Assembly (NCBI GenBank): GCA_018644725.1
Contig: JABGPZ010000069.1
Location: forward strand, 148,238 to 212,237
From: Phycisphaerales bacterium
GTDB taxonomy: Bacteria; Planctomycetota; Phycisphaerae; SM23-33
Direction: 5' to 3'
DNA length: 64,000 nucleotides
Both the position numbers and the translations under genes were made by a program. Positions within the stretch are counted from its first letter, which is position 1. Every line of letters begins with the position of its first letter. Below the pieces are notes generated by a model, which searched no databases, was not told the origin of the DNA, and saw only the letters and a program-made list of their open reading frames with translations. Below are positions 59,608 to 64,000 of this stretch, in pieces.

Positions 59608-61374
59608 TTACTCGATGATGGGCAGGGGGCCAGCGAGGGCTTCGAAGTCGGGGTTGACGTAGTCGAGGTCGGCGAAGATCGCGGCCTTGTACGAGTCAAA
59701 CTCGGGCATGCGCCATGCCATCCAGTGCTTGAGCACCTTGAGCTTGGTCGCGGCCATTTCGTCGTCGACGGTGGACTCGGCCTGGTCGGCGAACTGCGTG
59801 CCGACGACGAGGAAGATCCCCATGTCCACGAGCTTGCGCGCCATCAGGTCACGATAGGCGGTCGATTTGGTCTTGATGAACGTGACGCATTCGTCAAGCT
59901 CGACCATCTTGGCCTGGATCGTCTCGATGAAGCCCTTGGTGTCGGCCGACCATGCGTCGGCGCGGGTGGGCTTGGCGGTGATGTCTTCGATGACGGTCTT
60001 GCACGTTCCGCTCAGCACGCCAGCGACGGCCGCGAGGACCTGCAGCTGCGACGTGCCTTCATAGATCGTCGTGATCCGCGCGTCACGCATGTGGCGCTCG
60101 GAGGCGTAGTCCTTCATGTAGCCACTGCCGCCGAGGACAGCAATGGCGTCGTTGGAGACGCGCATCGACATTTCCGACCCGTAGTACTTCGCCATCGGCG
60201 TCAGCAGCTTGTTATAGCGGCCGATGCTACGGAGGGTCTTGCGGTTGGCTTTCTTTTCGTCGCCTTCCGCAACGAGGGCCTTCTTTTCGCAGGCGATCTC
60301 AATGTCGACGTTGAACGTCGCATAGTAGGTCAGCGAGCGGGCGGCCTGGAGGTCGACCTGAGAGTTGACGAGCAACTCGCGGACGGCCGGGAAGGTGTCG
60401 ATGGTCACGCCATATTGCTCGCGCGATGCGCCGTAGTCACGGGCAACGCGGTAGGCCGCTTCGCCGATGCCAATGGACTGGCTGGCGATGCCGATGCGTG
60501 CGCCGTTCATCAGGCTCATGACGTATTTGATCAGGCCGTATTGGCGTTCGCCGACGAGCTTGGCGGGGACGTGGTCGAAGAAGATTTCGCACGTGGGGCT
60601 CGCGTGGATGCCGAGCTTGTTTTCCAGGCGGCGAATCTTGACCTTCGGCCCGCGCTTGCAGACCAGCAGGCTCAGCCCGCGGCCGTCGGAGATTTCCGGC
60701 TCGGTCCGCACGAGGCACAGCAGCACTTCGCCGCAGCCGTTGGTGATGAAGCGCTTGACGCCGTGGATGAACCACTCGCCGTTTTCGTCTTGATAGGCGC
60801 TGCATCGCACGGCCTGGAGGTCGGAGCCAGCGTCGGGCTCGGTGAGCACCATCGCGGACGTCCAGTTGCCAGCGGCCATGTCCGGCAGGTATTCCTGCTT
60901 GATTTCCTCAGACGCGAATGCGTTGAGGGTGTCGGCATTGCCTTGGAGGCCATAGATGTTCATCAGCGAGGCATCCGCGCGGGAGACCATGTCGTTGGAC
61001 ATCGAGAAGACCAGCTGGGGGCAGTTGATTCCGCCGAAGCGGTACGGCAGGGTGAAGCCCATGGCCTCGGCCTGTGCGAGGCGCTCGATGGCGTTCTGGA
61101 TGCCGGGGGTGTAGGTGACGGAGCCATCGTCGTTGAGGATGTTGCCGACGTTGTCGGATTCCTCGGCGGTGGGGGCGATTTCGTCGCCACAGATTTGTCC
61201 GACGTTCTTGAGGATGCGCTCGTAGCTGTCGCGCGCGTCGTCGGCGTCTTCGGGTGCAAAGTCAAATTCCTCGTGGAAGCGGAAGTCTTCTTCCTGGAGC
61301 GTCGCAAGGCGCTCGAGGTTGAAGTGCTTGAAGAGGAACATCATGTCCTGATTGTCAGTGAAAAAGTTTGCCAT
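59608..61374 (-). CDS. Acyl-CoA dehydrogenase (long, FadE-like, ~590 aa)
   Basis: ACAD middle and C-terminal domain motifs (TEPDAGSDLQAV, GGSGYMKDY). Directly downstream of etfBA. Confidence 0.8.
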   Translation of the reverse strand: MANFFTDNQDMMFLFKHFNLERLATLQEEDFRFHEEFDFAPEDADDARDSYERILKNVGQICGDEIAPTAEESDNVGNILNDDGSVTYTPGIQNAIERLAQAEAMGFTLPYRFGGINCPQLVFSMSNDMVSRADASLMNIYGLQGNADTLNAFASEEIKQEYLPDMAAGNWTSAMVLTEPDAGSDLQAVRCSAYQDENGEWFIHGVKRFITNGCGEVLLCLVRTEPEISDGRGLSLLVCKRGPKVKIRRLENKLGIHASPTCEIFFDHVPAKLVGERQYGLIKYVMSLMNGARIGIASQSIGIGEAAYRVARDYGASREQYGVTIDTFPAVRELLVNSQVDLQAARSLTYYATFNVDIEIACEKKALVAEGDEKKANRKTLRSIGRYNKLLTPMAKYYGSEMSMRVSNDAIAVLGGSGYMKDYASERHMRDARITTIYEGTSQLQVLAAVAGVLSGTCKTVIEDITAKPTRADAWSADTKGFIETIQAKMVELDECVTFIKTKSTAYRDLMARKLVDMGIFLVVGTQFADQAESTVDDEMAATKLKVLKHWMAWRMPEFDSYKAAIFADLDYVNPDFEALAGPLPIIE

Positions 61375-61393
61375 GGTAGGGTGTTCCTCCAGA

Positions 61394-62440
61394 TTAACCG
61401 TTGGTTTTGACGCTCATGCCGCCACGAATGGCTTTGATGAGCATGGGGACGACTTCGTTGAGGTCGCCGCAGATCCCGTAGTGGGCCACTTTGAAGATGT
61501 CGGCTTTGGGGTCGGAGTTGATCGCGAGGATCTTGGCCGATTCCTTCATGCCGGCGGTGTGCTGGATCGCACCGGAGATGCCGATGGCGATGTACAGCGC
61601 GGGGCGCACCGTTGTGCCCGTTTGCCCGACTTGGTGATCGTGAGGGATGTAGCCGAGGTCGACGGCCGCGCGGCTGCCCGCAGCAGTTCCGCCGAGGCAG
61701 TGGGCGAGGTCCCAGACGTGCTTGAAGTTCTCTTTGTTGCCGAGGCCTGCGCCACCGGCGACAACGATCCGCGCACCCTTGAGGTCGACCTTGGACGCTT
61801 CACGGTGAATTTCGTGAATGATCAGCTTGAGGTCGTCTTCGGTGATGCCGGTGTTGACGCGGACGAGTTCGCCTTCGCGGCCGGGGGTGGCTTCGCTCAT
61901 CGGCATCACGCCTTCGCGAACGGTCGCCATCTGGGGCCAGCGTTGGGGGTTGACGATCGTCGCGATGATGTTGCCACCGAACGCGGGACGAATCTGGTAG
62001 AGCAGATTTTCGTACGTCGTGTCGGTGCGTTTTTCGATGTGCGTGCCGATTTGGAGGTCGGTGCAGTCAGCAGTCAGGCCGCACTTCATCGTCGAGGCGA
62101 CGGTGGGGCACAGGTCGCGACCGATCGCGCTGGCACCCACGAGAAGGATTTGCGGCTTGTAGGCTTCGATGCAGTGGCAGACGGCCTTGGTGTAACTGGC
62201 GGTCTGGTATTGCGCGAGCTTGGCGTCGTCGACGAGGTAGACCTTGTCGCTGCCGTGCTCGAAGAGTGTCTTGGCCATGCCCTCGACGCCGCTGCCAATC
62301 AGCACCGTGCCCAGGCCCACGCCGAGTTGATCGGCGAGTTCACGACCCTTGGAGAGCAACTCGAGCGGAACTTCCGCAAAGTGCCCTTCTTCCTGTTCGG
62401 CGAAAACCCAGACTTCGCCTTGTTTGTTAACTTCGATCAT
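61394..62440 (-). CDS. etfA: Electron transfer flavoprotein alpha subunit
   Basis: FAD-binding C-terminal domain (IVVAGGAGLG, AIGISGAIQHTAGM). Start MIEVNKQ at 62440; the ORF track extends 63 Ser-rich codons upstream. Confidence 0.85.
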   Translation of the reverse strand: MIEVNKQGEVWVFAEQEEGHFAEVPLELLSKGRELADQLGVGLGTVLIGSGVEGMAKTLFEHGSDKVYLVDDAKLAQYQTASYTKAVCHCIEAYKPQILLVGASAIGRDLCPTVASTMKCGLTADCTDLQIGTHIEKRTDTTYENLLYQIRPAFGGNIIATIVNPQRWPQMATVREGVMPMSEATPGREGELVRVNTGITEDDLKLIIHEIHREASKVDLKGARIVVAGGAGLGNKENFKHVWDLAHCLGGTAAGSRAAVDLGYIPHDHQVGQTGTTVRPALYIAIGISGAIQHTAGMKESAKILAINSDPKADIFKVAHYGICGDLNEVVPMLIKAIRGGMSVKTNG

Positions 62441-62471
62441 GTGTAGTTCCTCTATAGGTTGGATCGTGCGA

Positions 62472-63329
62472 TTAGCCGATGGTGTGTTCTTCGATGAGTT
62501 CGCTGACGAGCTTGGCGGCGCCAGCTTCGGTGGGCTCGAATTCTTCATAGTCGCCGCCCGCGAGGACGACCGACAGAATGCGGTTGACCTTGGTCGGGCT
62601 GCCGGCCATGCCGACCCACTGCATGTCACACTCGAGCGCGTCGAGGTCCCACATGTCGATCAGCAGGCCCTTTTCGGCCATTGCGTCGGGGCAAACGCCT
62701 TCGGCGAGTTCCAGCGCGCACTTGGCTTTTTTAAACTTCATCAAGCGCTTGGACATGTACGGGCGGGGGGTGTTGGCGGTGTCGAGGACGGTCACCAGAG
62801 CGGGGAGCTTGGCGGTGACGTCTTCCCAGCCATTGCCGACATTGCGCTTGACGCGGATGCCGTCGTTGCCAACGTTGATGAGCTCTTCGAGGTAGGTCAC
62901 CAGCGTAAAGCCGAGTTTTTCGGCCATCTGCGGACCCACTTGCGCGGTGTCGCCATCGATGGCCTGGCGGCCACAAAAGACGAGGTCGGCGTTGAGCTTG
63001 CGGACGGCCTGGGAGAGAATGTAGCTCGTGGCGAGCGTGTCGGACGCAGCCGCGCGGCGGTCGCTGACCAGGATGGCCTTGTCGGCGCCGCGGCAGAGCG
63101 AATCACGCAGGATTTCGCACGCGTTGGGCGGGCCCATGGTCACGACAGTGACGGTCCCGCCGTGGGCGTCGCGGACGGCCAATGCGGTTTCCAGAGCGTT
63201 CAGGTCTTCGGGATTGAAAATTGCCGGCAGGGCCGCACGGTTCACTGTGCCATCTTCTTTCATGGCATCGCCTGTGATCCGTTTGGTGTCGGGAACCTGC
63301 TTCGCGCAAACGACGATGTTATAACCCAT
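62472..63329 (-). CDS. etfB: Electron transfer flavoprotein beta subunit
   Basis: MGYNIVVCAKQVPD...VTMGP...LVFCGRQAIDGDTAQVGP, the typical EtfB pattern. Confidence 0.85.
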   Translation of the reverse strand: MGYNIVVCAKQVPDTKRITGDAMKEDGTVNRAALPAIFNPEDLNALETALAVRDAHGGTVTVVTMGPPNACEILRDSLCRGADKAILVSDRRAAASDTLATSYILSQAVRKLNADLVFCGRQAIDGDTAQVGPQMAEKLGFTLVTYLEELINVGNDGIRVKRNVGNGWEDVTAKLPALVTVLDTANTPRPYMSKRLMKFKKAKCALELAEGVCPDAMAEKGLLIDMWDLDALECDMQWVGMAGSPTKVNRILSVVLAGGDYEEFEPTEAGAAKLVSELIEEHTIG

Positions 63330-63626
63330 CGCAGTTGCTCCTTTCTAAGGGGGTCAGGTGGCGGACTCATCCTTGTTCCGCGCAGTTGTTGGTCGGTCGC
63401 CCATATCCCAATGATACAGGGGATAAAAATGGTACGCAATCCAGACTCCCGGGTCAATGACAATCGAGAATTTCAATAGGGTTTTTCGTCCATTTAATAA
63501 GCGAAATTCTTCTCGAATGTGGAACCCGAAAGGGGAAATGGGTATACTGAAATGGATTGCATCGTGTTGCGTTAGACGTGGTACGGTAGATGATTCTCTT
63601 TCTCGAAACTCAAAAGGAACAATGCA

Positions 63627-64000
63627 ATGAAGAAAACGATGATGACGGTATTGGCGATGGTGATGCTGGTGGGTGTGGCCGTGGCTGCGCCGAAGGGCGA
63701 GACCAAGGCCGCGCCAGAACAGAAACCCGCGAAGAAAACCAAGGCCGAACGCAAAGCCGTAAAGAAGGCCGCGAAAAAAGCCAAGGCCAAACCCGCCGCG
63801 AAGGGCGACACGCTCAAACCCGAAGCTGGCAGCGCTGAAGAAATCAAAGCCGTCAAGAACGCGAAGGGATCTGCAAAAAAAACCGCGAAGAAAAAACGTC
63901 GCACGGCGTATACGACCGTCACCGACGTCAAAGGTCTGCCGCGCGTGCTGATCATCGGCGACTCGATCTCCATCGGCTACACCATGCCCACGCAGGATCT
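63627..64000 (+). CDS. Secreted SGNH/GDSL hydrolase with a Lys/Ala-rich linker (3' end beyond the window)
   Basis: Hand-translated, not in the ORF track because it runs off the end. Signal peptide MKKTMMTVLAMVMLVGVAVA. ~90-aa K/A-rich linker. Then VLIIGDSISIGYT (GDSL block I). Confidence 0.6.
   Translation, partial: MKKTMMTVLAMVMLVGVAVAAPKGETKAAPEQKPAKKTKAERKAVKKAAKKAKAKPAAKGDTLKPEAGSAEEIKAVKNAKGSAKKTAKKKRRTAYTTVTDVKGLPRVLIIGDSISIGYTMPTQD

Noticed and set aside
59563-63479. Long + strand ORFs 59563..61410, 61352..62446, 62349..63479
   Set aside because: Antisense to the ACAD-etfA-etfB operon.

Overview
This is a high-GC bacterial chromosomal window; the gene content (CxPxR sulfatase, DUF1570/PDZ protein, DUF3604, GH20, PEP-CTERM/exosortase, many secreted proteins with lysine-rich tails) suggests the PVC superphylum, probably Planctomycetota, but that is an inference from content, not a measured similarity. 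It is densely coding on both strands. Most long antisense ORFs in the supplied track are GC-skew artefacts; for each antisense pair I picked the strand whose product I could recognise.

Recognisable content, start to end:
- A split rRNA locus (promoter, tRNA-Ile(GAT), tRNA-Ala(TGC), 23S, 5S, terminator) with no 16S upstream.
- Secreted glycan-degrading genes (Tat-signal DUF3604 protein, GH20 beta-hexosaminidase) and a TPR/DUF1570-like/PDZ putative metallopeptidase.
- A sugar-phosphate isomerase + Gfo/Idh/MocA oxidoreductase pair, and PBP4 (dacB).
- An IS200/IS605-like REP-associated tyrosine transposase flanked by inverted REP arrays, plus two transposase-less REPIN copies elsewhere (around 31.9 kb and 47.3 kb).
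- A hisB-hisC-hxlB-like operon, a truncated TlyA-like methyltransferase followed by a ~60-bp tandem triplication, and a cation/proton antiporter fused to a PTS EIIA(Ntr) domain.
- der, then an AT-rich island with two paralogous PEP-CTERM proteins flanking a XerD-like tyrosine recombinase.
- ribD, pyrG, a sulfatase, and a MATE - GT39-like glycosyltransferase - lpxD run with overlapping stops and starts.
- A CBM9-like protein, argH, a metallophosphoesterase, tsf-rpsB, ribF-nrnA.
- An exosortase/EpsI fusion -> ~1500-aa TPR protein -> PEP-CTERM-locus-type polysaccharide deacetylase operon, followed by a FAD-dependent oxidoreductase, a SAM-dependent methyltransferase and an esterase before the electron-transfer block.
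- An acyl-CoA dehydrogenase / etfA / etfB operon and a partial SGNH hydrolase at the window edge.

The observations most worth a second look are (1) the compact exosortase system with its two distant PEP-CTERM cargo paralogs, (2) the RAYT/REPIN repeat family, (3) the antiporter-EIIA(Ntr) fusion, (4) a nested palindromic element at 12.8 kb with a third copy at 35.27 kb, and (5) a duplicated 12-codon leader mini-ORF chained by ATGA/GTGA overlaps ahead of the deacetylase. No CRISPR array or recognisable defence-system genes were seen. Coordinates of non-ORF features are hand-counted and may be off by 1-3 nt.
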